From assembly GCA_040830765.1 (NCBI GenBank), contig JBFOMH010000024.1, positions 13,476 through 77,475 on the forward strand: a stretch of DNA of 64,000 nucleotides. Reading direction: 5' to 3'. Made by a program: the position numbers and the translations under genes. This document shows, piece by piece, positions 53,501-64,000 of this stretch; within the stretch, counting starts at the first letter, position 1, and every line of letters begins with the position of its first letter. Under the pieces are notes generated by a model. The model saw only the letters and a program-made list of their open reading frames with translations, had not been told where the DNA came from and made no database searches. Source of the DNA: Puniceicoccaceae bacterium. GTDB taxonomy: Bacteria > Verrucomicrobiota > Verrucomicrobiia > Opitutales > Oceanipulchritudinaceae.

Positions 53501-54238
53501 ATGGGAAGCGTAAATACAGAGACCCCAAAACGGGAAAACGGCTTCTACAGCCTGCTATTCAACATTCTCCTTCCGGTCCTTATCCTCACCCAAGGGGATC
53601 GGCTGATTGAGAACGCGGCCTCCGTGCTGGTGATCGCACTGGCCTTCCCGGTGGGCTATTTCATTTGGGACTACCAGCGTCGGCGCAAAGCCAATTTCAT
53701 CTCCATCATCGGGTTTGTCAGTATTCTGCTCACCGGAGGGGTGGGCCTGATGCAGCTGCCACGCTTCTGGTTCATCGTCAAGGAAACCGCCATACCCGCC
53801 ATCATCGGCCTCGCGGTCATCGGTTCCCTTTTCACACGCTATCCACTCATCCGGGCCCTCGTCTACTCAAAGGAGATTTTTGATGTCGACCAAATTCAGG
53901 AAGAACTAAAGCAACGTGGGAACACGGAAAAAATGGATAAGCTGCTGCAACTGGCCACCGTTCTCCTGTCGACCTCCTTTTTTATTAGTGCTGTCCTGAA
54001 TTTCATCCTTGCCAGCCACTTTGTGAAAACCGAGCCCAAGGTCGATCCAGCCCAGTTCAATGCTGAGGTTGGCGCTATGACCGGATGGTCCTATGTGGTC
54101 ATTGCCCTGCCGAGCATGGTCTTCATCATTGGCATCCTCTACATGGTGGCACACGGCATCAAGAAGCATGCCGGACTGGGCATGGAAGAGGCCATGGCTC
54201 CCCATCTGCGGGAAGAGTCCGAAGAAAAAGAGGGCTAA
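53501..54238 (+). CDS. VC0807-family membrane protein
   Basis: NILLPVLIL, ALAFP, NFISIIG..S.LLTGG, KETAIP and SAVLNF.LA. Confidence 0.75.
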   Translation: MGSVNTETPKRENGFYSLLFNILLPVLILTQGDRLIENAASVLVIALAFPVGYFIWDYQRRRKANFISIIGFVSILLTGGVGLMQLPRFWFIVKETAIPAIIGLAVIGSLFTRYPLIRALVYSKEIFDVDQIQEELKQRGNTEKMDKLLQLATVLLSTSFFISAVLNFILASHFVKTEPKVDPAQFNAEVGAMTGWSYVVIALPSMVFIIGILYMVAHGIKKHAGLGMEEAMAPHLREESEEKEG

Positions 54239-54253
54239 AACCGGGCTTGGTTC

Positions 54254-55546
54254 CTAGCGCTTGGAAAGCGGGACATAATCCCGGACTGTCGGGCCAACGT
54301 AGACTTGCCGCGGCCGATGGATCTTGTGGGACCTTTCGGCCATTTCCTTCCAGTTGGCAATCCACCCCGGCATCCGCCCGATGGCGAACATTACCGTGAA
54401 CATCTCCACCGGAATGCCAATTGCCTTGAGAACGATGCCACTGTAGAAATCCACATTGGGATACAACTTGCGCTCGATGAAATACTGATCGCTCAAGGCA
54501 ACTTCCTCGAGATGATGGGCAATATCCAGAAGCGGGTCCTCCTTGCCCAAGGCCTTCAGGAGTCGCTTGGCAGCATCACCGAAAATCTTCGCCCGGGGAT
54601 CATAGTTCTTGTAGACACGGTGACCAAAGCCCATCAAGCGAGCCTTTCCTTCCTTGGCCGAACGGATGAACTTGCTCCCATCGTCCCCACTGTCGTGGAT
54701 TTCCTGCAGCATCTTGACAACAGCCGCATTGGCACCGCCGTGGAGGGGACCCCACAGGGCGCTGACGCCTGCGGAAACGGAGGCAAACAGATTGGCCCCA
54801 CTACTGGCCACCATCCGGACAGTCGACGTTGAACAATTCTGCTCGTGGTCGGCATGCAGGAGCAGGAAGAGATCCAGGGCATGCGTCACTTCCTCGATCG
54901 GCTCATAGTCCTCGTAGGGTTCCGAGAACATCATGTGGAGAAAGTTTTCCACATAGCGAAGGTCCTTGCGGGGGTAGTTGAACGGCAGCCCATTGCTCAT
55001 GCGGTATGTTGCCGCTGCGAGGGTGCGGACCTTCGAGATGAGCAGGGTTGCCGCATCGTCAAACAGTTCCAGATCCTGATCCCGGTTGTTGCTGGACATC
55101 TCCGGGTAATAGCAACCGAGGGCATTCAACATTCCGCTGAGGACGGCCATCGGATGGGCCTTGGGGGGGAATCCCTCAAAGTGATGCTTGAAGTTTTCAT
55201 GCAGGCGGGCGTTCCCGGCGACCCGTGACCGGAACGTGTTCAGCTGATCCTCCGTGGGGAGTTCCCCATAGATAATCAAATAGGCCGAGCAGAGGAACGT
55301 CGACTTTTGGGCAATCTGCTCGATTGGAATGCCCCTGTAGCGAAGAATCCCCTTCTCCCCGTCAATAAAGGTGATGTCACTGAGGCAGGATCCGGTATTG
55401 GCGTAACCATCGTCAAAGGTGATATACCCGGTCTGGCTCCTCAGCTTCCGGGTATCGATGGCCTTCTCGTGTTCACTTCCTTCGATAACGGGGAATTCGA
55501 ATTCTTTTCCTTCAATGATCAGTTTGGCAGTAGCTTCGTCACTCAT
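54254..55546 (-). CDS. gltA: Citrate synthase
   Basis: [38 protein letters not shown] and YPNVDFYSG. Confidence 0.97.
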   Translation of the reverse strand: MSDEATAKLIIEGKEFEFPVIEGSEHEKAIDTRKLRSQTGYITFDDGYANTGSCLSDITFIDGEKGILRYRGIPIEQIAQKSTFLCSAYLIIYGELPTEDQLNTFRSRVAGNARLHENFKHHFEGFPPKAHPMAVLSGMLNALGCYYPEMSSNNRDQDLELFDDAATLLISKVRTLAAATYRMSNGLPFNYPRKDLRYVENFLHMMFSEPYEDYEPIEEVTHALDLFLLLHADHEQNCSTSTVRMVASSGANLFASVSAGVSALWGPLHGGANAAVVKMLQEIHDSGDDGSKFIRSAKEGKARLMGFGHRVYKNYDPRAKIFGDAAKRLLKALGKEDPLLDIAHHLEEVALSDQYFIERKLYPNVDFYSGIVLKAIGIPVEMFTVMFAIGRMPGWIANWKEMAERSHKIHRPRQVYVGPTVRDYVPLSKR

Positions 55547-55599
55547 GGTTGTAATTGGTTAGGGGTTTTTCTCTTTTGGCAACAGTCAATCAGGAGAGA

Positions 55600-56262
55600 T
55601 CACAACTCGCAACCTGTTTTTAAACTTGTAAGAAAATTCCGGTACAATTGGAGGCCCTTTTCCTGCGATTTCTCGGGGTGAAACTGGGTTGCCACTAACG
55701 TTCCCCGCCGGACGGCACTACAGAAATCAAGGCCGCCATAGTTGGTGATTCCCCAGGAAACGGCCTCGTCCGCCGGCTCGGCATAGTAACTGTGGACAAA
55801 GTAGAACTGGTCCTGCTGAGGATGTATTCCCTTCAAGAGGACAGGTTCCTCTGCCTGGAAGGCGACTTGATTCCATCCCATGTGTGGAATCTTGATAGAA
55901 GCATCATGGCTGAAATCAAAGCGGCGAACGGTTCCCTGGAGGACCCCCAGGCCTTCCGTATCACCCTCCTCAGAGAACTCGAAGAGCGCCTGTAATCCGA
56001 GGCAGATTCCGAAGTAAGGCCGTTCAGCGTCAATCCAGTCCTTGATAAAGTCCTTCCAGCCCGATTCCTGCAGTAGGCGCATGGTATCGACGATGGCCCC
56101 CTGCCCCGGGAATACGAGAGCGACCTTGTCTTCCATCTGCTGGGGATGCTGGACGATTTCTGCATCGGCTCCGACCTCCAGAAAGGCTCGGTGGACACTG
56201 CGGAGGTTGCCCATCCCGTAATCCAAAATACCGATACAGGGGTCCTGCTGCTCTTCACTCAT
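55600..56262 (-). CDS. hisH: Imidazole glycerol phosphate synthase, glutaminase subunit
   Basis: DYGMGNL, PGQG, GICLG, PHMGWN, YFVHSY and QFHPEKS. Confidence 0.95.
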   Translation of the reverse strand: MSEEQQDPCIGILDYGMGNLRSVHRAFLEVGADAEIVQHPQQMEDKVALVFPGQGAIVDTMRLLQESGWKDFIKDWIDAERPYFGICLGLQALFEFSEEGDTEGLGVLQGTVRRFDFSHDASIKIPHMGWNQVAFQAEEPVLLKGIHPQQDQFYFVHSYYAEPADEAVSWGITNYGGLDFCSAVRRGTLVATQFHPEKSQEKGLQLYRNFLTSLKTGCEL

Positions 56263-56310
56263 GATGCGAGCTAATGTGCGGCACACTGTCGCGAGCGCAA
56301 GCCTTCTCAG

Positions 56311-56541
56311 TTACTCCCCGATCTCCGGATCCCAATGCGGCTCATTCGGCGTGAGCCTCAAGTGGTGCCAGTATCCGATGGCGAATGCCACCGGTCCGAT
56401 GAGGAAGAAACACAACAGGAGAAGCCAGCCACTAAGGCGGTAAGCGGCATCTTCACTTAGTCCGCTCAGGGACAACCAGAGAATACTGCCGATAAGGAAA
56501 ATACAGATACCGATGAAGGAATAGACAAATCCACGAACCAT
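56311..56541 (-). CDS. Small two-TM membrane protein
   Basis: 76-aa hydrophobic ORF filling the hisB-hisH gap on the same strand. Confidence 0.55.
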   Translation of the reverse strand: MVRGFVYSFIGICIFLIGSILWLSLSGLSEDAAYRLSGWLLLLCFFLIGPVAFAIGYWHHLRLTPNEPHWDPEIGE

Positions 56542-56592
56542 GTCGTGTATTTTGCAAGGAAGAGCCAGCTACAGCAAGCTTTTTGAAAAGGC

Positions 56593-57192
56593 TCAGCCCA
56601 GGCTTCCCTTTGTCGAGGGCACCTGCCCTTCACGACGGGGATCGAGGTCGGTACAGATATCGAGAGTACGCCCAAATGCCTTGAAAATTGACTCGGCAAT
56701 ATGGTGTGGCTCGTCGCCGTACAACAACTCAATATGAACGTTGGCGCCAGCGGTATTGGCAAAGGCCTGGAAAAACTCGCGCACCAGGACGATATTGAAA
56801 TCCCTCACCATGCCCTGGCCGGGGTCGACCCGGTAAACGAGATGGGGCCGATTGCCGAGATCCATGACAAACCGGCTCAGGCACTCATCCATGGGCAGGA
56901 GAAAGAATCCGTACCGCTTGATTCCGGCCTTGTTGCCCAAGGCATCCCGGACAGCCTGCCCGAGGACAATTCCGACGTCCTCCACCGTATGGTGATAATC
57001 GACGGAAAGATCGCCTTCCGCCTTTAACCGCAGGTCAACCATGCCATGGTGAGTGAACAGCTCCAGCATGTGGTCAAAGAAGGGTATGCCGGTGGAAACA
57101 TCAGCCACGCCCGAGCCATCCAGGTTCAGTTCCAACTGGATACGCGTTTCCTTGGTGTTTCGCTCAACGGATGCTATGCGCCCTTTTGCCAT
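56593..57192 (-). CDS. hisB: Imidazoleglycerol-phosphate dehydratase
   Basis: [31 protein letters not shown] and PSTKG. Confidence 0.95.
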   Translation of the reverse strand: MAKGRIASVERNTKETRIQLELNLDGSGVADVSTGIPFFDHMLELFTHHGMVDLRLKAEGDLSVDYHHTVEDVGIVLGQAVRDALGNKAGIKRYGFFLLPMDECLSRFVMDLGNRPHLVYRVDPGQGMVRDFNIVLVREFFQAFANTAGANVHIELLYGDEPHHIAESIFKAFGRTLDICTDLDPRREGQVPSTKGSLG

Positions 57193-58262
57193 GTTGTTAT
57201 CTCCTTCATAAATCGGTCCATTTCTGAAGATGAGCCGATGCTGATGCGTAAACGGGAAGCTGTCAATGGATGCTTGGGAAAGGTGCGGACGAGGATCTTC
57301 CTCTGCTCCAGCCATTGATATAGGTCAGCGGCAACCTCCGGGCCCCTTTCGCCTTCGGAAGATACCGGTTCGGCAAAGAGGAAATTAGCCTCGGAAGGAT
57401 ATATGTCCCATTCCTTTGTCACCAGAAAGTCATGCACTTGCTGCCGGGTTGCCTGGATTTTCCAGACATACTCGTCGTATACCGGTTGAGCTGCCAGGGC
57501 GGCGAGAGCCCCTGCCTGACTCAGGCGATTAACATTGTAGCTGTCCCGGATCCGATCCAGTATTTCGATAACCGGACTTGCCGCCATGGCATAACCCACG
57601 CGCAGGCCAGCCAACCCGTAGGCCTTGGAAAATGTCCGGGTCAAGACAACGTTCTCGAAGTCCCGCAAGAGTGGAAGGGCACTGGATGTAGCGAACTCCA
57701 CATAGGCTTCATCAATAACCAGGAGACCATCCAGACCTTCAGCAAGCGCCCTCAAATCCTTCAGGGGGAAGCGAACCCCGGTCGGGGCATTGGGGCAGGT
57801 CAGGAAAAGGAGATCCGAAGGCTTATCCAGCAGGGCCTCCACCGGTAGCGAAAAGTCCTCCCCAAAGGGAATCGACTCAATGGAACCTCCTGCGATTGCC
57901 GTCACTACCGGGTACAGGGAGTAACTGGGAAATGTCTCACTGGTGGTTCGGCCGAAGCCACCAAAAGCTCGCGCAAGGAGATTCAAAATGTCGTCTGAAC
58001 CGTTGCCGATAATGACCTGGCTGGCTTCGATCCCATGGATACCGGCTATCGCCTCGCGGAGGGGAGCGCTTGTCGGGTTGGGATATCGGGCCAATCGCTC
58101 CATCTCGGCGGAAATGGCTTCCCCGACAGAAGGAGGCGGCGGAAAAGGAAGCTCATTTGTATTGAGCTTGATCCATCCATCTCCCTGGGGTTGCAACCCG
58201 GGAACATATGGCTTCATCTGCCGGATGTTCTCGTGGACGAGTTCCTCTATGCGCTTTTTCAT
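57174..58262 (-). CDS. hisC: Histidinol-phosphate aminotransferase
   Basis: KLNTNE, GNGSDD, PNAPTG, DEAY and [15 protein letters not shown]. Confidence 0.95.
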   Translation of the reverse strand: MKKRIEELVHENIRQMKPYVPGLQPQGDGWIKLNTNELPFPPPPSVGEAISAEMERLARYPNPTSAPLREAIAGIHGIEASQVIIGNGSDDILNLLARAFGGFGRTTSETFPSYSLYPVVTAIAGGSIESIPFGEDFSLPVEALLDKPSDLLFLTCPNAPTGVRFPLKDLRALAEGLDGLLVIDEAYVEFATSSALPLLRDFENVVLTRTFSKAYGLAGLRVGYAMAASPVIEILDRIRDSYNVNRLSQAGALAALAAQPVYDEYVWKIQATRQQVHDFLVTKEWDIYPSEANFLFAEPVSSEGERGPEVAADLYQWLEQRKILVRTFPKHPLTASRLRISIGSSSEMDRFMKEITTWQKGA

Positions 58263-58273
58263 TGAGGCAGTTC

Positions 58274-59572
58274 TCAGTCCTTGAATCGAATCTCCAACGA
58301 CTTGCCGTGAGCATCGAGTTGCTCCAGATCAGAGAAGACCCGGACAACTTCACGGGCAGCGGAAAGAGACTTGCGGTCATACTGCACCACGCTTGAACGG
58401 CGCATGAAATCAGTGATTTTCAAGCCACTGAAAAAGCGACCCGTCCGGGCTGTGGGAAGCGTGTGACTGGGTCCGGCAGTAAAGTCTCCCAGTACGGTCG
58501 GTGTGTCGTGGCCGCATAGAATGGCACCAGCAGTGTGGATTTCCCGGACCAGTTTCTTTGCCAAATCCTGCTCGACGTGCAGCTCAAGATGCTCCGGAGC
58601 GATGAAGTTAGCCACTTCAACAGCCGCCTTCACACTGGGAACATGGATGAAGCAGGTTCTGGAGGCAAGAATCCGGGCAACCGCCTTCCGGTGACTCAAG
58701 TCCGGAAGCTGCTCCGCGAGGGCCTTCTCCACGGCTTCCGCCTGCCTGACACTTGTATAGACATAATAAATACGTTCCTTGCCGCTTCCATGTTCGGCCT
58801 GGGCCATCAGGTCTGCGGCGATGTAGGCCGGATTGGCGGACGAGTCCGCAATGGCAAGGGCCTCACTGGGACCCGGCAGGAGATCAACACCTACCTGGCC
58901 GAAAACCTGGCGCTGGGCCTCAGCAACATAGGCATTTCCCGGACCCATGACCTTGTTGACGGCAGGAATGGTCCGGGTCCCGTAGGCCATTGCGGCAATG
59001 GCCTGGGCGCCGCCCACACGGTAAACTTCATCCACTCCACACAAGGCAAGACCAGCCAGCATTTGCCGGCTAACCTGCCCCTTGCTGTTGGCCGGGGTAA
59101 AGACGGCAATCGAGGGGACTTTGGCCAGCTTGGCCAGGGTAATCGTCATAACCGCTGTTGAAACCAGAGGAACGTTTCCGGCGGGGATGTAGATACCAAC
59201 CCGCTCGATCGGATACCACCGCTCACCAACGAGGGCTCCATGGGGATTCCTTGCTGTCCAGTCTGCGGGAAGTCCCTTTTTGTGAAATTCCCTGACGCAA
59301 CGAATGGCCTCGCGAATAGCCTTCCTCTGGTGAGGTTCAAGACTGTCCTTGGCGGTTTGCAACTGCTCTGGCATCACCCTCAAGGCACCGGCAGAGCTGC
59401 GAAAACCATCGAAGCGCTCAGTGTACTCGACAACCGCCTTGTCGCCCCTGCGACGCACATCCTCAAGGATCGCGGAAACAGATTCCTGCAATTCACTGTG
59501 GTCCGAACTGTCGGCGGCAAAGCGCCCCAGTTTCTGATAGAATCGAGGATCTTTGAATGACAGTTTCTTCAT
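58274..59572 (-). CDS. hisD: Histidinol dehydrogenase
   Basis: GGAQAIAAMAYG, GPGNAYV, GPSE, QAEH, APEHLE and GPSHTLPT. Confidence 0.96.
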   Translation of the reverse strand: MKKLSFKDPRFYQKLGRFAADSSDHSELQESVSAILEDVRRRGDKAVVEYTERFDGFRSSAGALRVMPEQLQTAKDSLEPHQRKAIREAIRCVREFHKKGLPADWTARNPHGALVGERWYPIERVGIYIPAGNVPLVSTAVMTITLAKLAKVPSIAVFTPANSKGQVSRQMLAGLALCGVDEVYRVGGAQAIAAMAYGTRTIPAVNKVMGPGNAYVAEAQRQVFGQVGVDLLPGPSEALAIADSSANPAYIAADLMAQAEHGSGKERIYYVYTSVRQAEAVEKALAEQLPDLSHRKAVARILASRTCFIHVPSVKAAVEVANFIAPEHLELHVEQDLAKKLVREIHTAGAILCGHDTPTVLGDFTAGPSHTLPTARTGRFFSGLKITDFMRRSSVVQYDRKSLSAAREVVRVFSDLEQLDAHGKSLEIRFKD

Positions 59573-59609
59573 CGGTGCTCCCTATGCTTTCCAGGAGAAG
59601 GGGTGTCCC

Positions 59610-61148
59610 CTACTCCCATTCAATTGTACTTGGCGGTTTCGAGGAAATATCAAGAACCACCCTGTTGACACCCTCAACCTCATTGATGATGCGGTTGGAA
59701 ATGCGCTGCATCAGGGCGTGCGGCATTTCAGCCCAGTCCGCCGTCATGGCATCGATACTCTCAACGATCCGGAGGGCAATGACATAGTCGTAGGTTCGCT
59801 CATCCCCCATGACCCCAACTGACTGGACAGGAAGAAACACAGCGAAGCTTTGCCAGACCTTGTAATAAAGGTCGGCCGCCTTCATTTCCTCTATCAGAAT
59901 GGCATCAGCCTCCCTGAGGATGCGCAGGCGTTCCGGGGTGATCTCCCCGATGACCCGCACCGCCAACCCGGGGCCGGGAAAGGGTTGTCGCCAGACGACA
60001 CTCTTCGGCAGTCCCAATTCCTCACCGAGGCGGCGAACCTCGTCCTTGAACAACTGGTCCAGGGGCTCCAGAATCTTCAGCTTCATCCGCTCAGGCAAGC
60101 CTCCCACGTTGTGGTGGCTCTTGATGAGGGCGGCCGGGTTTCCCCCGATCGGGACAGACTCGATGATGTCCGGATATATGGTTCCCTGGGCCAGGAACTC
60201 GACTTCCCCGATCTTTTCAACTTCTGACTCGAAGACGTCGATAAAGGTATTCCCGATGACTTTGCGCTTTTTCTCCGGATCCGTCACGCCCTCGAGGCGG
60301 TCCAGAAACAGATCGGCTTCGCGGGCCACGACAAGGTTCATGTGGAAGTTGTCCCCGAAAAGCTTCTCCACTGCCTCGACCTCGTTCTTGCGCAAGAGCC
60401 CGTTGTCGACAAAGACACAGGTCAGTTGTTCACCGATGGCCCTGTGGATGAGGGCGGCCGCCACGGAACTGTCAACGCCGCCACTGAGCCCGAGGATTAC
60501 GTGGCTATCACCAACGGTTTTGCGGATACGCTCAAGCGCGGTCTCGATGTAGCCCCGCATGGTCCAGTCACCCTTGCATTCACAAATCCCGTAGAGGAAG
60601 TTGCGGATGATGTCGGTACCCTTTTCCGAATGAAACACTTCCGGGTGGAATTGAAGCCCGTAGATGCCCCGTTCCTTGTCCTCGATAGCGGCATAGGAGG
60701 AATTTTCGGTGGCTGCTACCGCCTCAAACCCATCTGGCAGGGCGATCAGCTTGTCCCCATGGGAATTCCAAACCTGAATCGATTCCGGGATATCCTTAAA
60801 AAGAGCACTCTCACCGGTTATCTTCAGGGTCCCCCGACCGTATTCCCGCTCCGTACTACGCTGGACTTCACCACCCAGGAAGCGTCCTATCAACTGCAGG
60901 CCATAGCAGATGCCGAGCACCGGAACACCCATGGTAAAGATTTCTTCATCCGGCATCGGTGCAGTGTCGGCGAAGACACTGCTCGGCCCACCTGACAGGA
61001 TAATACCGCACACCCCCTCTTCACGCAGTTCGCTCACCGGTGTATCAAAGCGGTAAACCTTTGAATAGACCTGGCATTCACGAAGACGCCGGGCGATGAC
61101 CTGCGTGTATTGGCTTCCAAAATCAAGAACTGCAATAATCTGTGGCAT
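59610..61148 (-). CDS. guaA: GMP synthase (glutamine-hydrolysing)
   Basis: [38 protein letters not shown] and KPPSTIEWE. Confidence 0.97.
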   Translation of the reverse strand: MPQIIAVLDFGSQYTQVIARRLRECQVYSKVYRFDTPVSELREEGVCGIILSGGPSSVFADTAPMPDEEIFTMGVPVLGICYGLQLIGRFLGGEVQRSTEREYGRGTLKITGESALFKDIPESIQVWNSHGDKLIALPDGFEAVAATENSSYAAIEDKERGIYGLQFHPEVFHSEKGTDIIRNFLYGICECKGDWTMRGYIETALERIRKTVGDSHVILGLSGGVDSSVAAALIHRAIGEQLTCVFVDNGLLRKNEVEAVEKLFGDNFHMNLVVAREADLFLDRLEGVTDPEKKRKVIGNTFIDVFESEVEKIGEVEFLAQGTIYPDIIESVPIGGNPAALIKSHHNVGGLPERMKLKILEPLDQLFKDEVRRLGEELGLPKSVVWRQPFPGPGLAVRVIGEITPERLRILREADAILIEEMKAADLYYKVWQSFAVFLPVQSVGVMGDERTYDYVIALRIVESIDAMTADWAEMPHALMQRISNRIINEVEGVNRVVLDISSKPPSTIEWE

Positions 61149-61187
61149 GTTGGTTAAATCCGTTTTGAAACTGTTTCGGTTAAAATC

Positions 61188-61421
61188 CTAAAATCGAAGG
61201 GAAGCATTTCTAAAGCCACATTGAGGGCAGGCTTCTGTTCCCGAGTCTTGGCGGCTGGCATACAACGAACCGCACTTGACGCAGTGGTGGACATGGCGGG
61301 TCCGCTGACGGTCATAGAACAAATGATCCCGGCGGTCATAGTAAATCCAGAGGCCAACGAACAATAGCAATCCGGTGACCAGAAAGCCCGTTACGAAAAC
61401 CCCGAATCCTATGGTTATCAT
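61188..61421 (-). CDS. Small single-TM protein with a C-terminal zinc ribbon
   Basis: TM segment followed by CVKC...CPQCG; likely ATG at 61421. Confidence 0.7.
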   Translation of the reverse strand: MITIGFGVFVTGFLVTGLLLFVGLWIYYDRRDHLFYDRQRTRHVHHCVKCGSLYASRQDSGTEACPQCGFRNASLRF

Positions 61422-61429
61422 CTGCCGGA

Positions 61430-61467
61430 AATAACAAAGACGCCCACCCATGGGTGATGCGCCTTTG
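61430..61467 (-). terminator. Probable terminator after rplQ
   Basis: Minus strand: CAAAGGCGC-ATCACCCATGGGTGG-GCGTCTTTG followed by TTATTT. Confidence 0.5.
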
Positions 61468-61494
61468 ATGAAAGGGGATTATTGACGGTGCTGC

Positions 61495-62103
61495 CTACTC
61501 CTTCTTTTCAGCTTCCTCGTCATCTTCCGCCGCAGCGGTTTCCTCTTCAGCTTCAGCCGGTGCCTCAGCGACCGGTTCGGCGGGAGATTCAACTTCCTCT
61601 TCGGCGGCTTCTTCTGTCTCCTCGGCTTCAGCAACAGGAGCCTCTACCTCTGCGACAGCCTCTGGCTTCTCTTCCTTGGCAGCCTTGGCCGGGCGCTTGC
61701 GGGCCTTCTTCGGGTAGCCTTCATCCTCTTCGGGAATCAATTGGATGACCGCCATCTCGGCAGCATCACCAACCCGGGTTCCGAGCTTGTAGATTCGGGT
61801 GTAGCCACCTGTTCGCTGGGTAAAGGCAGAAGCGCGTTCATTGAAGAGAGTGGCGATGGCGTCCTTGTCCCGGACACGGGAAAGGGCCAGGCGACGATAA
61901 TGCAATGCCCGCTCCGGGGAAGCTCCCTCAGCCTTCTTGGCCATGGTGATGATCTTCTCAATGAAGGGACGCAGGGCCTTGGCCTTGGGCAGGGTTGTCT
62001 GGATGCGGCCGTGACGCAGCAGGGCTGCCCCGAGATTGCTCATGAGGGCGGCGCGGTGCTCCTTCTTGCGGCCTAATTGAAATCGATGCTTTAAGTGACG
62101 CAT
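61495..62103 (-). CDS. rplQ: 50S ribosomal protein L17 with an acidic C-terminal extension
   Basis: MRH..LGR..HR.A, TTLPKAK, GGYTRI and GDAA; follows rpoA. Confidence 0.97.
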   Translation of the reverse strand: MRHLKHRFQLGRKKEHRAALMSNLGAALLRHGRIQTTLPKAKALRPFIEKIITMAKKAEGASPERALHYRRLALSRVRDKDAIATLFNERASAFTQRTGGYTRIYKLGTRVGDAAEMAVIQLIPEEDEGYPKKARKRPAKAAKEEKPEAVAEVEAPVAEAEETEEAAEEEVESPAEPVAEAPAEAEEETAAAEDDEEAEKKE

Positions 62104-62132
62104 TGTAATTCCTGATAGCTTTTAAAGGGGAT

Positions 62133-63134
62133 CTAGTAGTCGGTCCGGGATTCGAGCAGGCGCTCGTCGATCTTCATGCCGAGGCTCAGACCGAGCTGCT
62201 CCAGCTTGGCCTTGATTTCATTGAGCGACTTCTTGCCGAAATTCCGGTACTTCAACATCTCCTGCTCACTCTTCATGGCCAGTTCACCAACGGTGGTGAT
62301 GTTGGCATTGTTGAGGCAGTTCGCCGCCCGGACGGAAAGTTCAATCTCGTTGACCGACATGTTGAGCAGCTTGCGAAGCTTGTTCTGTTCTTCGCTGACT
62401 TCGACCTGCTCACTTTCAAACTCGACTGAGTCGTCGGAAACATTGTCGAAGACATCGAGGTGATGCTTGAGGATCGCTGCGGAATGCTTGAGGCACTCAT
62501 CCGGAGTGATGCGGCCATCGGTCCAGATTTCGAGGATCAACTTGTCGTAGTCCGTCATCTGGCCAACACGGGTGTTCTCAACGGAATACTTGACCAGCTT
62601 GACCGGGCTGAAAAGGGAATCGATGGCAATGACACCAATGGCCTGCTCCGGCTGCTTGTTATCTTCACCAGAAACGTAACCGCGGCCTACCTTGATTTCG
62701 AGTTCAGCAACAAAACGCTTTTCCGCATCAAGGGTACAGATGACCTGTTCCGGATTGACGATCTCGATGTTGGCATCTCCCTGGATGTCGGCAGCTGTGA
62801 TCTCGCCCTTGCGGGTGACGTCGATCATCAGGTTGACCGGCTCCTTCTTGTGGGAAATGACAAGGACCTTCTTCAGGTTGAGGATGATGTCGGTGACATC
62901 CTCAACAACGCCTTCGAGGGTCTGGAATTCGTGCTGCACACCCTCAATCTTCACCGAGGAAATCGCTGCCCCCTCGATCGAACTGAGCAGGATACGACGA
63001 AGGCTGTTGCCAATCGTGTGTCCGTACCCGCCTTCGAATGGCTCAGCAATGAACTTCGTGTAGGTATCGGTTGAGGTTTCCTCCTCTTTGATGAGTCGGT
63101 TGGGGAGCTGAAACTTGCCTAATCGTATGGCCAT
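62133..63134 (-). CDS. rpoA: RNA polymerase subunit alpha
   Basis: EPFEGGYGHTIGNSLRRILLSS, LSVRAANCL and NFGKKSL. Confidence 0.98.
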   Translation of the reverse strand: MAIRLGKFQLPNRLIKEEETSTDTYTKFIAEPFEGGYGHTIGNSLRRILLSSIEGAAISSVKIEGVQHEFQTLEGVVEDVTDIILNLKKVLVISHKKEPVNLMIDVTRKGEITAADIQGDANIEIVNPEQVICTLDAEKRFVAELEIKVGRGYVSGEDNKQPEQAIGVIAIDSLFSPVKLVKYSVENTRVGQMTDYDKLILEIWTDGRITPDECLKHSAAILKHHLDVFDNVSDDSVEFESEQVEVSEEQNKLRKLLNMSVNEIELSVRAANCLNNANITTVGELAMKSEQEMLKYRNFGKKSLNEIKAKLEQLGLSLGMKIDERLLESRTDY

Positions 63135-63205
63135 GGTCTTTACAGATAAAGTTTACGGTTGATGGGAAGATGGATCAGTCGAAAAAACAGGAAAATCCTG
63201 TGCCA

Positions 63206-63814
63206 TTAACGGGAGTAGAATTCAACGATCTGCTGGACGTTGATTCCTGTCTCGATGTCGTCGGCGGTTGGTTCCCGGTTGACGGTGGCTGTGAGCGCAT
63301 CGTCGTTGCGGGTCAGCCAAAGCGGCACCGTGCGGATGCGAGTGTCCTCAAGGGCGCGGGTTGCCAACTGGCGACTGGACGTGGCTTCCTTCACTTCGAT
63401 GGTGTCACCGGAGGAAACACTGAAGCTCGGAATGTCCACCTTTGTCCCGTTGACCTTGACGTGGCCGTGGGTCACGAACTGGCGGGCCTGACGTCGGGTC
63501 TTGGCAAAACCAAGGCTGTAGAGGACGGCATCAAGCCGCTTTTCCAGCATCTGCAGGAAGATTTCACCGGTCACCCCGCGCTTGCGCTTGGCACGTTCGA
63601 AGGTACGGCGAAATTGTTTTTCAGTCAGCCCGTAGAGGTAGCGCAGCTTCTGCTTCTCATTGAGGCCGAGGGAGTAATCGGACAGCTTGCGCCGCAGGCG
63701 AGGTCCGTGTTGTCCGGGAGGATGCGGCTTGCGATCCTGCGCCTTGTTCGGCGGGAAGATGGACATGCCGAAGCGGCGGTTAATCCGGGTTGTGGGTCCA
63801 GTGTATCGGGCCAT
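63206..63814 (-). CDS. rpsD: 30S ribosomal protein S4
   Basis: MARYTGP, PPGQHG, EKQKLR, LEKRLD, ARQFVTHGH and IVEFYSR. Confidence 0.98.
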   Translation of the reverse strand: MARYTGPTTRINRRFGMSIFPPNKAQDRKPHPPGQHGPRLRRKLSDYSLGLNEKQKLRYLYGLTEKQFRRTFERAKRKRGVTGEIFLQMLEKRLDAVLYSLGFAKTRRQARQFVTHGHVKVNGTKVDIPSFSVSSGDTIEVKEATSSRQLATRALEDTRIRTVPLWLTRNDDALTATVNREPTADDIETGINVQQIVEFYSR

Positions 63815-63820
63815 GATTAA

Positions 63821-64000
63821 TTATCCTTGTTTATCAAATGGGTTGAACGGGCGGGGTTTGACGCGGCGACGCTTTTTTGGGCGGCAGCCGTTGTGCGGCA
63901 CTGGGGGGATGTCGGCGATCGCGGGAACCCTCATCCCCAGGGGCTGCACGGCGCGGGTGGGTGAGTCGCGGCCCATGCCCGGGCCCTTGCCGCCCCCCTC
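63821..64000 (-). CDS. rpsK: 30S ribosomal protein S11, C-terminal part (partial; probable base-call errors)
   Basis: Manual translation gives KGPGMGRDS...[15 protein letters not shown]; it lies upstream of rpsD as expected. Confidence 0.88.
   Translation of the reverse strand, partial: EGGGKGPGMGRDSPTRAVQPLGMRVPAIADIPPVPHNGCRPKKRRRVKPRPFNPFDKQG

Noticed and set aside
1..64000. CRISPR arrays, IS elements, prophage genes, rRNA
   Set aside because: No regularly spaced repeats, transposase/integrase motifs, phage genes or rRNA-like sequence were seen by eye.

Overview
A GC-rich, densely coding bacterial chromosome segment. Gene content and protein types suggest Verrucomicrobiota, most likely class Opitutia (inference only). 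Most of the window is housekeeping: purL (partial, missed by the ORF track), purF, purM, an RlmB-type methyltransferase, hrpA, nadB, a panC-like gene, dapL, tRNA-Leu(GAG), purA, a phosphohexomutase and UDP-sugar pyrophosphorylase, gltA, hisDCBH, guaA and rpsK(partial)-rpsD-rpoA-rplQ. Five regions stand out. (1) A ~14 kb minus-strand glycan cluster (18.1-32.0 kb) encodes CDP-3,6-dideoxyhexose enzymes, a YerE-like ThDP carboligase, an SDR, an FkbM methyltransferase, a GtrB/ArnC-type GT2, two GT-C-like membrane proteins and an uncharacterised tandem pair of 3-TM + winged-helix-like proteins. (2) A stand-alone DnaE2-like polymerase has a perfect 16-bp palindrome filling its promoter spacer. (3) Two back-to-back ECF sigma/anti-sigma cassettes flank rhodanese and MauE genes, with a SigW-like promoter that recurs upstream of an FKBP gene. 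(4) An unannotated structured, terminator-ended RNA candidate lies at ~48.85-48.97 kb. (5) The PanC homologue has both pantoate-binding glutamines replaced. No CRISPR array, transposase, integrase or rRNA was seen. The last ~180 bp (rpsK) look like low-quality base calls.
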